Assembly (NCBI GenBank): GCA_963693365.1
Contig: CAVNZM010000017.1
Coordinates: 2,035,027-2,099,026, forward strand
Direction of reading: 5' to 3'
Origin: Amoebidium appalachense
Taxonomy: Eukaryota; Protista; Ichthyosporea
DNA length: 64,000 nucleotides
In this document: positions 1-16,660 of the stretch, in pieces
Layout of the letters: every line of letters starts with the position of its first letter
Numbering within the stretch: the first letter of the stretch is position 1
Translations under genes and position numbers: made by a program
Notes under the pieces: generated by a model
What the model saw: the letters and a program-made list of their open reading frames with translations, nothing else
What the model was told of the DNA's origin: nothing
Database searches by the model: none

Positions 1-2782
<2,782 letters not shown>

Positions 2783-2919
2783 CACACAGTAAGCAGGACT
2801 GGATTTGTGCAGATATACTGCCGGTGATGTCTTTCTAAGGTGTTGAGCCTAGGTAGTTTTTATTTTTGCTTTTTGTTTTCATGCTTATGAATCGTGTATT
2901 GTTTTCGAAGATTGTCCCC

Positions 2920-2955
<36 letters not shown>

Positions 2956-3278
2956 CGGCTTGGTTTGCCTTTTTATCAGTGTAACTGTGCCGCACACCTC
3001 TAATCAATGAGGGTATAGTGACCATATGAGCCATCAGCACCTGCAAACAATGATATGCAAATATATATTGCCTAAACTGTCATACAAGGCAACCAATCAA
3101 AACCACACATTGCCATGTACACTAATGAATATATAAACATGCAGCAATCTTAGACATCGTATGCTGTTGTGTATCAGTTGGATGAGGGTATTGCGCCAGT
3201 GCATGCATGTACGCCCAACTAGGCACAGATACACAAACACACCCGCACGTGCACACACACATGCACACACATACACAC

Positions 3279-3344
<66 letters not shown>

Positions 3345-3799
3345 GTGACATGAACTCAAAACCGGAACCTTGCACTGTGTGCACTTGTGAAGCATGCATA
3401 TCTTTCTTAGGTTTTGCATGAATGTTAACAACAACAGAACATTAATATATGTGATACGGTGGTAATTGTCATCCCATCACGACTCCACATTATAGTCAAT
3501 ATTAAAATCAGAAAATCGGTTTGAATCCGGCCACTTTTGGATTTTTGGAGGCTCGACTCGTCCTTTTCTAAATATGGAACTAGGCTGTGCATGTTCACCT
3601 CCATTGGTGGTTGTATTTTCACTTCCGCTGTGTGTGTGTGTGTGTGTGTGTGTTTGTGTGTGTGTGTCGGGGGAGGGGGGGGGGGGGGGGGGGGGGGGGG
3701 GCTCTTGGATTTTTTTTGTTTTTTTTTCCCCTGGGGAGGGGAGGGGGGGGACGGCCACAATGCTTACGTAGCAGTGAGTCGATATAGCTACGTGGCTCG

Positions 3800-4003
3800 T
3801 GCAAGCACTCATTATTAGTGTGTGGGTGTACGTGGGGTTGTGTGTGCTTCTGCGTGTGAGTTGTGAGATAGAGAGCCTCGGAGAGAGAGAGAACCTCAGA
3901 GAGAGAGAGGGGGGGGGGGGGGGGAGAGAGAGAGAGGGAGAGGGAGAGTCTCAGAGAGAGTGTGCGTGCGTGTACATGTGTGTGTGTGTGTTGTGTGTGC
4001 GTG

Positions 4004-4055
<52 letters not shown>

Positions 4056-4251
4056 GGCGAGAGAGAGAGAGATCGTACATAATAAGAGAAAGTGGGGTAT
4101 ACGCACTATTTATTGCTGCGGACAACCACTGAGAAGAAAGTGATTGAGAAAGGGAGAGAGAGAGAGATCATACGTCATTGGAAAGTGTCACTGACAGAGT
4201 GAGTGAGAAAGGGCGAGAGAGAGAGAGAGAGAACGAGAGAGAGAGAGAGAC

Positions 4252-4315
<64 letters not shown>

Positions 4316-4450
4316 GTGTGTGTGTGTGTGTGTGTGTGTGTCTGTGTGTGTGTGAGAAAGAGAGAGTGAGAGAGATCATAAGGGAAAGTGTCACTAAGAG
4401 AGTGGGTGAGAATGGCGAGAGAGAGAGAGGGAGAGAGGGGGGGGGGGGGG

Positions 4451-4491
<41 letters not shown>

Positions 4492-4585
4492 AGAGAGAGG
4501 GGGAGAGAGAGAGTGTGTGTGTGTGTATGTGTGTGTGTGTGTGTGTATGTGTCTAAGTACTAGCTAATAAGTGTGTGCGTGGATG

Positions 4586-4667
<82 letters not shown>

Positions 4668-4759
4668 AGAGAGAGGGGGAGAGAGAGAGTGTGTGTGTGT
4701 ATGTATGTGTGTGTGTGTCTATGTGTCTAAGTACTAGCTAATAAGTGTGTGCGTGGATG

Positions 4760-4845
<86 letters not shown>

Positions 4846-4999
4846 AGAGGCACAGAGAGAGAGAGAGAGAGAGGGAGGGAGAGAGAGTGTGTGTGTGTGT
4901 GTATGTATGTGTGTGTGTGTGTATGTGTCAAGTACTAGCTAATAAGTGTGTGCGTGGATGTGTGTGTGTGTGTGTGTGTGTGCGTGTCTGTGTGTGTGT

Positions 5000-5000
<1 letters not shown>
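3800..5000. repeat. Compound microsatellite block (GT)n/(GA)n with three copies of a ~40-bp unique spacer
   Basis: aagtactagctaataagtgtgtgcgtggatgt recurs at ~4555, ~4729 and ~4930, each embedded in (GT)n/(GA)n tracts. Confidence 0.85.
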
Positions 5001-5031
<31 letters not shown>

Positions 5032-5199
5032 GGAAAGAGAATGATACTCAAGTTGCAGTTGTACCTCGGCCTCGATGTACAAAAAGAAACCGTTCTGTGG
5101 GTGCAGCCAACCGGCGGAGCAGACACGTGCACAGTACAAAGCTTTGCATCGATAAATCACATGTCATGATCACGACTACATATGTACACCTGTACCCCC

Positions 5200-5231
<32 letters not shown>

Positions 5232-5291
5232 TTCCCCGCCCTCCCCACCCACCCACCCCTCACCCCCTCCCCTCCCTCCCCTTCCCCCCCT

Positions 5292-5332
<41 letters not shown>

Positions 5333-7038
5333 TCATCCCCACCCCTGTTCCACCCACCCACCCACAATGCAACCAAGTAACCACCGCCACCAGCACCAAC
5401 GAGATCCTCCTGTGACAGTCCCACCAGCAAGCCCCGATGACGTCATTCATTCTAATGTGCTTCTCCGCACTGTGCACGTTCGTGTTGGCCCGTGACCCCT
5501 CTGCGTCCAAAACTCGATGGCGTATTTTCCCTCCGTCGCAAACCCGCGCCCATGCGCACGCAACCCACACCCCAAAAACACGCGAACCGTTCCAAATTCG
5601 ACAGCACAAAAAAAAGAGAAGGGAAAGGAAATCCGCCCCAGCCATTTATATAGTTTCTGGGACTGCTTTTGGAAAACCTAGGAGGCTCCAGGTTCTAGCA
5701 GAAGATACAGCCGGGGCGAGAGTGAACACGAATCCACAACGAAGGGAATGGCCTAGAGAAGGGAAAGCTCCTTCTAGCGCGGCCTTCCCCTGCCAGCAAA
5801 ATCGAACCGCTGGAAAGGAACGGGGTGACGTGAGCACATGGACCGGGGAATGCGTACACCTGCTTTATGACCTATAACGATTGGATAATGAATTGAAGGG
5901 GGCAAATATTACGAGTGAGCCACGAGATTCTTGCACATTTGCAGACGGTCGTATCTGAAGAGCCTTTCAGGTATGTTTCTTCGAGCAAATTATACCTTTC
6001 TTCACCAATGGGTTAGAAAACTATTATCATTTTCTTTAAAACTAAAGAAAATTGTGGTATTTTTTAAAAAAATATATGGTAAGCCATACCATGATTGACC
6101 TCCAGAAAGCTATTGCAAGTGAGTTCGATGATAATGTTGCCACCTCTCAACAATTGCCGAAAGAGCCAGAAACAGAAATCTATACTGATTGGTCGGAAGC
6201 GCATCTTATATAATGCCAATCTAAGCGCATGATAACTCAGACTAATCAATAGAAATCCTCTTCTATATCGATGATCCCTGCACATGTACATCACTAAGAG
6301 TTAAGGTAAAACAATTGGCTGCAGAAATAGGCTGCAGAAATAGCGGGGAAAGCATGCAGCATACAGTTAAAGGTATTAACTATTGCTATGAATTTTTGAG
6401 AGTTTTCTTCTCCTTCTCCCTCCCACGCAAGGGCTTGTTGTATCTGCGCAGTGCCGGCTGCCCGGCGCATGGACAGTTGATCTTGTTACGGGATTACTAA
6501 TGCTGGGCCCAGCAACTTGCCCCATGCAGTAACAGTTTCGGAAACAATATATGATACTAAATTTGGGGTTCAATCGTTGTTGTATGTAGTATGGCAGATA
6601 CATACGCCATGCTTGCATGTGCGCGGGTATCGAGCATTCACCGAGGAACCAGTTTTTGAATCCGTGCACAAGATCCAAGTGATCTTTGCCGCAAGGACAT
6701 TGATACTCGTGGCTGAGAACCCTTGCCATGGCCAAAACACCCAAGAGCCAAACATTATTATTTAGGCATGCAAATCTATCAAGGTTGTTTATAGCAATCA
6801 TTCGAAGCTATATTGCAGGTAGTGTGGAGCTCTGGGCCCTTCTTTCACATATTCGCGAGTCCGCAACCGGACCCGTCCGGGCAAGTTGCCCTGCGCAACT
6901 TCCCACCGCAGAAGTTTTTGTTTTGAAAAATCGGGTGCGTTTTCCGCCAACCAAGATTCGATGCTTCGGAAAATAGTTACAAAAAGAATTCTAAAATGTC
7001 ATGGGTCGGCAATAGAATCCTTGTTCTATCCTGCATCT

Positions 7039-7278
7039 ATTGGCTGATCACCACGGGCTCGATGGTTGTTCTAAGGGGTGGCAAACCAGCCTTTTCTTCA
7101 GTTCAGTCGCTATCCAATCACAATCCAATATTTTCTAATCTGCCGAGCGATTGGCTTATTCAAACAATACCAACCATATCAGGTTGGTATTCCGCATACT
7201 TTGATTGGGATATTATCATTCTCTACTTTTGCTGCCGGGTGACTCAAAGGAAATTTCGAGTCCGTCAGCCAGTATAAA
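7039..7278 (+). promoter_or_regulatory. Putative PFL promoter: cluster of CCAAT boxes plus TATA-like element
   Basis: ATTGG 7039-43, CCAAT 7114-18 and 7125-29, ATTGG 7150-54 and 7204-08; TATAAA 7273-78, about 80 nt before the ATG at 7356. Confidence 0.45.
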
Positions 7279-7355
7279 GCGAAGTTCAGCCATCCGGCTC
7301 AGTCAGATTTCAAGCGGACAAATAGTCGTCCAACCGAGTCGGAGAAAAAGCCACA

Positions 7356-10355
7356 ATGTTACGCACTTCCGGTGTTCGTGCCGCAACCGCCTTGTCGCCT
7401 CTGGCGAGACAAGCGCTGGTGCAGGGCGCTCCTGTTATGTACCACGTTGCACGCCGCCTGATGCACACTATCGATGTGAGTGGATGGGTTTCCAAGAACG
7501 TCACTCCCTACGAGGGCAACGCAGATTTCCTGGCGCCTGCCACAGACCGCACCAAGAACGTGTGGAAGAAATGCCGTGAGCTTCTTGACCAAGAAATCAA
7601 GAACGGTGTTCTTGACGTCGACCCCAAAACCGTAAGCGGTATCACGTCCCATGCCGCAGGCTACATTGACAAGGACTCAGAGGTGATTGTGGGCTTGCAG
7701 ACCGACGGCCCACTTAAGCGTGGTATCAAGCCCTACGGTGGCATCAGCATGGTCAAGCAAGCGTGCGAGGCCTATGGTTACACTCTCGATCCCCAGGTCA
7801 TCGACATCTTTACCAAGTATCGCAAGACCCACAACGCCGGCGTCTTTGACGTTTACTCTGAGGAAATGCGCAAGGCGCGCTCCAACGGTATTGTTACCGG
7901 TCTGCCTGACGCGTATGGGCGTGGCCGTATCATTGGTGACAGCCGTCGTGTGGCACTCTACGGTATTGACCAGCTGATTCAGTGGAAGAGAGAGGACAAG
8001 AAAGAACTGGACAAGAAGCCCAAGCTTGATGACACCATCCGTCTGGCGTAAGTTTTTCCGTGCATGTTGTTGTGTCTTGGTGGGCCTTTCGTCAGTTTTC
8101 TCGTGCGGTGTCAACAACTCCCTCCCTTTCAAGATTTTTCGGTCGTGGTTTTTTTTGTGCTTGTTTATATATATACTCAGTTTTTCTTGCTTCATGAGTC
8201 ATTGAAATGTGCTTTTCCAGCCTTATGCATTGAAATTTGTATGTGGTGGTTTTTTTGTGCTTGTTCATACTATTAGCCTCTGTTTTTCTTGTTTTGTTAT
8301 TCAATGAATGTGCTTTTCCACCCCAAATCAATGCCTTGGGTTTTTCCTCTTCACCTATACAACTGTTAACCACACCGCCCATGTCAAATTTAAATGCTAA
8401 CAATCGGGCACTTTGTTCTAGTAGTAATTCACTCAAACCACGTTCTTTTTGCTCATTTTTTTTTCTTTTTTTCACCATGCAGGGAGGAGATCAGCGAGCA
8501 GATCAAGGCCCTCGAGGAGCTCAAGGAGCTAGGCAAGATCTACGGCGGTTTCGACCTTGCTCGTCCGGCCCAGAACGCACGCGAGGCCATCCAGTGGCTC
8601 TACTTTGGCTATCTTGCAGCCATCAAGCAACAGGACGGTGCAGCAATGTCCATCGGCCGCATCGACTCCTTCCTCGACACCTACATTGAGAAGGACCTGA
8701 AGGAAGGGCGGCTGACAGAGTCGAAGGCGCAGGAGATGATTGACGACTTTGTTATCAAGCTGCGTCTTGTGCGCCACCTGCGCACTCCGGAATACAACGA
8801 CCTGTTTGCCGGAGATCCGACCTGGGTGACCCTCTCCCTTGCCGGCACCGACGCCTGCAGGCGCCCATTGGTCACCAAGACCACCTTCCGTTTCCTTCAG
8901 ACCCTCTACAACCTCGGGCCCGCCCCGGAGCCCAACATCACCGTTCTGTGGGCCCAGAACCTTCCCCAGGGGTTCAAAGAGTTCTGCGCCAAGGCCAGCG
9001 TCGACACCTCCTCTGTGCAGTATGAGAACGACGACCAGATGCGCAAACACTACGGCACGGACTACGGCATTGCCTGCTGTGTCTCCGGTATGGCTATGGG
9101 CAAGCAGATGCAGTTCTTTGGTGCACGCTGCAACCTTGCCAAGCTTCTTCTTTACTCTATGAACGGCGGCAAGGACGAGGTTACCGGCAAGCAGGTTGGG
9201 CCCAAGTTCATTGCACCCACCGACGGCCCGCTCAAGTACGACCAGGTGATGAAGAACTACGACACGGCTATGGATTGGATGGCGGAGCTGTACGTCAACA
9301 CCATGAACTGCATCCACTACATGCACGACAAGTATTGCTACGAGAGCATCCAGATGGCCCTGCACGATTCCAACGTCGACCGTCTCATGGCTTTTGGTGT
9401 CGCTGGTCTCTCTGTCGTTGCCGACTCTCTCTCTGCTATCAAGTACGCACAGGTTACACCCGTGCGCGACCCCAAAACCGGAATCACTACCGCATTTGAC
9501 ATCAAGGGAGACTTCCCCAAGTACGGCAACGATGATCTCCGTGTGGACGCCATTGCCAGTGAAGTTGTGCAGAAGTTCTCCGACAAGCTCAAGCAGCACC
9601 CCACCTACCGCAATGCCAAGCACACCCTCTCCGTTCTCACCATCACCTCCAATGTCGTCTACGGCCGCAAGACTGGCTCCACCCCCGACGGCCGCATTAA
9701 GGGTGAGGCTTTTGCCCCCGGTGCCAACCCCATGCACGGCCGCGACACGCAGGGTGCCCTTGCATCCCTTAACTCCGTTGCCCAGCTTCCCTATGACGCC
9801 TGCCTGGACGGTATTAGCAACACGTTCTCTATTGTCCCCACTACGCTGGGTAAGACTTCCGAGGATCGTCTGAAGAACCTGAGCGCACTTCTTGACGGAT
9901 ACTTTGAGAAGGGTGCACACCACCTGAACGTGAATGTGCTGAACCGCGAGACACTCGAAGATGCCATGGCCCACCCTGAGAACTACCCCCAGCTGACCAT
10001 CCGTGTCAGGTGTGTATTCTGTCTCTCTCTCCTATCATTATACACATATGCCGCACGCAAAAACACTCAACAGTTGATCTTGTCTTGCGTCTCCTGTGCC
10101 CTCCTTCCCGTCCAAAATGCACACACATTTCCCCCTCCGCCCTCCTCTTCTCCCTGCAGCGCAGAAGAAAGGGGTTTTTTAGTCGGACATGCAATTTTAG
10201 AGTCTAATAAGTGTTTTTGTTTTTGTGCAACATCTTTTGAAAAATATGCTAACAAAGTTTTTTCTCCCTTCAGTGGTTACGCCGTCAACTTTGTGCGCCT
10301 GACTCCCGCTCAGCAGCGCGAAGTGATTGCCCGTACCTTCCACGACTCCATGTAA
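7356..10355 (+). CDS. PFL: Pyruvate formate-lyase (formate C-acetyltransferase, glycyl-radical enzyme), ~766 aa, with N-terminal mitochondrial-type presequence
   Basis: Exons 7356-8047, 8483-10009, 10274-10355. Motifs [37 protein letters not shown], catalytic [38 protein letters not shown], and spliced C-terminal [15 protein letters not shown]. Confidence 0.97.
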
Positions 10356-10765
10356 ATATGCAAAGCCAGAAGTGAATTTGCAGCGAAAACTTTTAGATAA
10401 TTTTGTTGTGTGATACATTAATGATGAATTTAAGAAATCTTATTCTAGATTGTCTTGTATTCGTCATTTTACCTATGAAATGTAGGACAAATATAAGGTG
10501 CAGATCTATGCTCTTATTTCGCATGAGAAAATAGTGTTTTAGTCTTATTGTATGACTTTCAAGAATAGCGCTAAAATTCTGAGGGGAATGACTTGCCCTC
10601 TGTGTGGGGGGAAATAAGAACACGAACGCGCGAATTCAGTTAGGAATGACTGTAGGTGTGGGATTTCTTACCGGCGTGTGATTATTTCCGATGATTTCTC
10701 CTTCGAATTAGCCTGAATAACTCGATAATAAATATATTCGAAATTGCTTCTAGGCGTTCGAATGC

Positions 10766-10803
<38 letters not shown>

Positions 10804-11544
10804 TCCCCCCCCCCCCCCCCCCCCCCCCATCTGCTCTGCACCCATCCACCACCACCATTACTGAAAAAATACATGCGAACACACAGCACACAAAACCACT
10901 TCACATGCACCTATCATGACAAGTACCCCCCCCCCCCCCCCCCCCCCCTCTTTCCCCCGACGGAATAGAGCTACATTCCTGCGTTCCACAACCACACATC
11001 CATTCGCCACTCTTACGATTCCCCCCACACACACACACACGCACACACACACACTCTCTTTCTCTCCCGCTGGGGCGACCACCACCACCACCACCACAAA
11101 CACAAAATACACGCACACACACGCACACACACACACACTTATTATCGCTCACAAGTGCATAAGATTATCAAATCTTATACTAAAAAAAGAAACAAGAGGA
11201 AATAAAGAATAAAGTAAATTAGTATAATGGGAAAAAGAATGATTAATTAAAAACGTAAAAATAGAAAAAATCCTAAATAGGAAAAAATAATAAGCTAATG
11301 AAAGAAGTAATAATGATTTTCTTCCTAAATATATAATATTATCAAATCTTATCCTAGGAATATAAGCAAGAGTAGATAAAAAATAAGAAAGAGGAACAAG
11401 AGGATATAAAGAATCTGATGTGGTTTATCATCACTCCTCCTGCCCTCCTCCCCTCCCCCTTCCCCCCTGACCCCTCCCCCGACGTAATAAGTCTATTATT
11501 ACATTCCTGGGTTCCACAACCACACCACATCCCTTCACCACACA

Positions 11545-11590
<46 letters not shown>

Positions 11591-11819
11591 ACACACATGC
11601 ACGCACGCACATACACACACTTTTGCTGCAACACCTGCAAGCACACATATACCCCCTAGCCGATGCAGAACGTTTACCTCAAGTACTTTCCCGCGTTGTG
11701 CATGTAGCCCCCTCCCCCGAGGTAGGTCTATACGAAGGAAGCCCTAGGTATAGGGAGATCGGATGATAACCGGCTAAAAAAATACAATAATTGATAATAA
11801 TTTACAAAAATTAAAAACA

Positions 11820-11915
11820 TAAACCCAATAACCATAACCCTATGTGTGTCTGGGCCCGAAATGGGGGGGCTGCCGCCCCCCCAACCCCCGCTAAAGGGGC
11901 CTGACGGCCCCTTTA
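11820..11915. other. Degenerate TAACCC-like repeats followed by two perfect GC-rich hairpins
   Basis: aaacccaataaccataacccta (11821-42); gggggggc-tgcc-gccccccc (11863-82); taaaggggcc-tgac-ggccccttta (11892-915). Confidence 0.6.
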
Positions 11916-12049
11916 TGTCGCTTGGGGATCGAATCGTTCTCCCCTGATTTTACGTCATCGGATCGTGTTTTGTCCAATCAGGTGCGCGGGGACTTCCGGC
12001 GTATGGACTTAGGTGCCCTCCCCCCCCCCCCCCCCCCCCTCTCCACCCC

Positions 12050-12093
<44 letters not shown>

Positions 12094-12468
12094 TTCGTCC
12101 CTTTCAAATGAAAACCCTCACATTACAAAAGGTCGCAATGGCTACAACATGCACACACAGAAATCCACCCCACAAGTAACCAAAGGAGGCTAGGAATAGC
12201 ATATTTTCAGCATGATACTCCATCTTGGCCCCGTCCTCCCCTGCCCCACTCCGGGCCCCCCAATCCCTTTCCCCCCTGCCCTTTCCGCCCAACACACACA
12301 CACTCACTCACTCACTCATCCGCCCACCCCCGGGCACCTTCATCTTCCGTCCGGCAAACCCCTGCCTCCCCTTTCGACGCACACTCACATGCTCCTTCAC
12401 CTGAGGCTTTTCCTCTAACCACATGCCACCCCGCCCCTCGCCCTCCCCCCCTCCCCCCCCACACCCAT

Positions 12469-12501
<33 letters not shown>

Positions 12502-12764
12502 GATCGATATCAATAGCCCTCCCTCGGAAGGAATTCTATCCAGGGCGCCTTCTTTTGAAGCCTCTTTTTAGTTTTTTCCATGTATCTTCGCTTTCTGTAA
12601 TCCTTTGTTTTCCACTTGCACGGGGAGCACGGGGACTCTGCCCGTGTATTCGTACCAGTGCACAGCTCCAAGCTCCAAGCTCTTTACCATCCCTCTCCTC
12701 ACTTGCTTCACCGCTTCGAATTCAAACACATATGCATTCACTGTCTCGTATCTCCCCCTCCCAT

Positions 12765-12804
<40 letters not shown>

Positions 12805-13054
12805 CACACACACACACACACACACACATGGACAAAATACCATGATTCCTGTCCAAGACCAAGAATTCTCTGAAACCAATCATCCAATCGCATCACTCCG
12901 AAAATAGTATTTGTAACTGGTGTATAGTGTGTGCATTTCTCTATTTCGTTGATCCTACTCGTCAACGTCAAACACTAATAGCGACTACTCCCCCCCCCCC
13001 CCCCCCCCCTCTTCCCCCTCCCCCTTCCCCCCTCCAACACCCCCTCCCCCCCCC

Positions 13055-13086
<32 letters not shown>

Positions 13087-13739
13087 CCCCTCCTAGGTCA
13101 CAAACATCTAATTACCCCGGCCCCCAGGCTAATTAGAGACGGAGACTTCCCTGCCAGAATGCCTCAATACATCCTCCGATCTTCACATCCCTACCTCTAA
13201 GACTTCCTCGTTCATTTCCATCACCCCAGGGGCTCCTACCCACTACTTTCCCTCCCTCCCTCTCCCCTCGCCTCCCCCCCCCCCCCCCCCCCCCCCCTTC
13301 CCCCCTCGGCATCGCCGTCTTGAATCGATTCCCAGGCCTCTGTTCTATCCCCCCCCCCACCCAACCCCACCCCCCCCACACACACACACACCCTCGCCCC
13401 TTCCCCCTCTCCCAACCCACATTGATATTCAAACCCTTACCGTTCCAACTACTCGAGCCTTCCCCCGGGGCAATGCATATTATATTATGTATGCTTACAA
13501 TGCATATTATAACGGCATACATATCCCCTCCCTGGCTAGTGGGACCATGCAGAACTTCAGCCAAGCTAGCAACACAGCTGAATTAGGGAGGGCTCCATAG
13601 CACCTCATGGAGAATTTCTATCGATCTGGATTTCGCAAACAAATAGAAAGTTTGAACATGTTGGTCTCATCCCGTGCGTGAGCAGACACATGTGGGGTCA
13701 TGGTGTTTCCTTAAAGAGCGATTTGGCCAGGAGGTGGGT

Positions 13740-13770
<31 letters not shown>

Positions 13771-13793
13771 GGGAGGGAGGGATGGATTGGGGT

Positions 13794-13862
<69 letters not shown>

Positions 13863-14708
13863 ACTTGTGTGTGTGTTCGAGGGGAGAGGGGGGGGGGGGA
13901 GGGGGGGGGGGAGGTCAGAGAGTCCGAAGTAAAATTCTATTAAAAAGCATCACTTTGAAATGCACAGCACCGTATACGTAACTTCATCATTTACTCAGGG
14001 ACTATAGTTCAATTAGAAACATACCCAACCAATTTCAGGAGAGCTCACCACATGGAGAAATTTCTCACTAGTAATTAGTTCCACGCGTTTTGACACTGTT
14101 AGGATGATTTTTTAACATATGATGCATCATGGAGTTACCGTATTGTCTCCAGCTTCTTCAGTGGGTCATGGTAGGTGAAGGGGGAGGTAGGTGGTGGTGG
14201 TGGTGGTGGTGGTGGGGGGAGGGAGGGGGGAGGGGGGGCCTGGAAGGGAGCGACCAATGCCTAGGGGAGTGGATGAAAAGTGATTTGCACAGTATGCATA
14301 TATGTGAATTTTTCTATGATTCTTTCAGGGAAGTTGGGACGGGAGGGGGGGTTGAAGGGTTGGGGGGGGGGGGGGGGGGGGGGGGGGGAGGGGGGGGGGG
14401 ATGTGTCATTGAGTCACTCTACTAGGCGGCATATGCAAAACTCACTGCATGTTTTTTGGCTGGGTGGGTGGGTGTCAGATCTGGCCAGAAGTGGTCTGCA
14501 CGTCGAATTCGAAAAAGGGGGGGGGGGGGGGGGGGGGGGGGGGAGGCCCTGATGGGGAGGGGGATAAGAGCCAGAACCTCGAGAGTGGGAGAGTGAAAGA
14601 AAGGGCTAGAGTGCTTTGGTGTGTTCCCCCCCCCCCCCCCCCCCCCCCCCAGGCCCCCCCCCCTCCCCCCCCCCCCCCCCCCCCCCCCCCCCCTTCTTGG
14701 CTCCTTTC

Positions 14709-14830
14709 GTCCACCTCCCACATTGATGCATGTACATCCATTCTAGAATTAGAATACCACACATTAGCCGTCCACCTCCCACATTGATGCATGTACATCC
14801 ATTCTAGAATTAGAATACCACACATTAGCC
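14709..14830. repeat. Perfect tandem duplication of a ~61-bp unit
   Basis: gtccacctcccacattgatgcatgtacatccattctagaattagaataccacacattagcc occurs twice head-to-tail. Confidence 0.9.
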
Positions 14831-14836
14831 CCCAGG

Positions 14837-14882
<46 letters not shown>

Positions 14883-15292
14883 ACACATTGACACGAAGGC
14901 ACCAACCAGCCGCAAAAATGGTTGCCACACACACTGCACACACAACTATGCGTAATTGCTCACCGCAAGATCGGGTTGAGCCGCTCGCATTAGTACACCA
15001 AGTTGTTAACTTGCACAAGTTCAACTTTGTAACATTTGCCTTCGTTTATTTGCGGTGTAATATCTACCATCACCCCGCCCGGGGTGAAGACATAACGTAA
15101 TTCCCCCTTACATGAGACTGGTCCTTGTGCCTCGAATTAAGAGTGTAAAATCCTACATAACTTGACAAACGGTGTAGATTCATTGACATAACAATGATTT
15201 ACTCCTCAAGCAAAAGACTTGATAGATGTGTCATATTTCGAACAACTGTACGTAAATTGAGCATGTGCTTTATGAGGAAGCCGTGTGCGAGT

Positions 15293-15341
<49 letters not shown>

Positions 15342-15464
15342 TGTGTGTCTGCGCATGCAGTTGCACGTCTGTGTGTCTCCGTGTACCCCTGTGTGTGTCT
15401 GTATGTACTTTTCTGTGGGTGGGTTTTTGTATGTGGGTTTTTGTATGCGCGCGTGCGCGCACGC

Positions 15465-15496
<32 letters not shown>

Positions 15497-15808
15497 CGCG
15501 CGCGGGTGTGTGTGTTTGGATGTCTGTGCGCACCTATCATCACCATGTTCCATGTTGATTTGTTTTTGCATACTTCACACGGATAGGGATGGAAGGATCA
15601 GATCAAGACAGTACGACAATGAAGGAAATAAAGGAAAGGAAGAAGAAGAACCGGGACCTACATCACTGCAAAAAAAAAAAAGGCACAACATTGGAGGAAC
15701 AAACAAGAAAAATCGGTTGAATAGCAAAAAAAATAAAAATAAAAAACTAAATAAAGAATGAATAAAATATAACCTAAAGTATGACAAAATGAGAAAACCA
15801 ACACGTCA

Positions 15809-16102
15809 TCACCATTCCTCCTCCTTGTTGGGGTCCCGTGGCTTCCAATTGCGCATGAATTTTTGAATATCCGCAGCCATTTCCTCCGCAGATGAATTTT
15901 GGCCGTAAAATGCCGAAAATATCCCCTGGGGATCCATCAGGTAGATGATGATCGAATGGTCCACTGGTGGTGGTGGTGGTGGTGGGGGGGGGGGGGGGGG
16001 GGGGTTAGAATGGGAGAAACTGTACGAAAAACAAAAGGCAAAACCGGATACTTGCAGTTTGGACACCAAAGTAAGGGAGATATGGAGATATGGAGATGGA
16101 GA

Positions 16103-16191
<89 letters not shown>

Positions 16192-16627
16192 TGTGTGTGT
16201 GCGCGCGTGTGTGCGCATGTGTACATGCCATTGGATGGGTGTGTGCGTGTTTGTGCGTGTTTGTGTGTGTGTGTGTGTGCGCGCGCGTGTGCGTGTGCAC
16301 ACTCTCATTTGGTATGCGCTCCAGAGTTTAGAATGTGTGTATGTGTGTGTGTGTTCCCCGGAGGAGGGGTTAGAAGGATGGGGGGGGAGAGGGGGGTGGG
16401 GAGGGGAGGGGGGAGGAGGGGGGATTCCAAGACACCCAGACATACCGATATAGTCCATGGGGTTATCACTCATTGGTGGGCCCTCGGAGATGTGCACACG
16501 GTAGGCCTTGGCTAGTTTCTCAAGATCCTCTCGGGGGCCAGTCAGGCCAAGAAGGCGTGGGTGGAAATCTGTGTGTGTGTGTGTGTGTGTTGGGGGGGGG
16601 GGGGGGGGGGGGGGGGGGAGGTTAGGG

Positions 16628-16660
<33 letters not shown>

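Noticed and set aside
5945-5970. Isolated AG...GTATGT-bounded 26-nt candidate exon upstream of PFL
   Set aside because: No partner exons or coding context found; could be a UTR exon or chance.
6064-6976. Short ORFs upstream of PFL as a possible PFL-activating enzyme
   Set aside because: No CxxxCxxC radical-SAM motif or other recognisable similarity.
8529-9974. 481-aa antisense ORF over PFL
   Set aside because: Expected shadow of strong codon bias on the coding strand; no recognisable motifs.
10960-11545. Local ~50-bp duplication (~10972 and ~11500) and small tandem duplications at ~37858, ~44560, ~47043, ~49544 and ~57059
   Set aside because: Ordinary slippage-type duplications with no sign of function.
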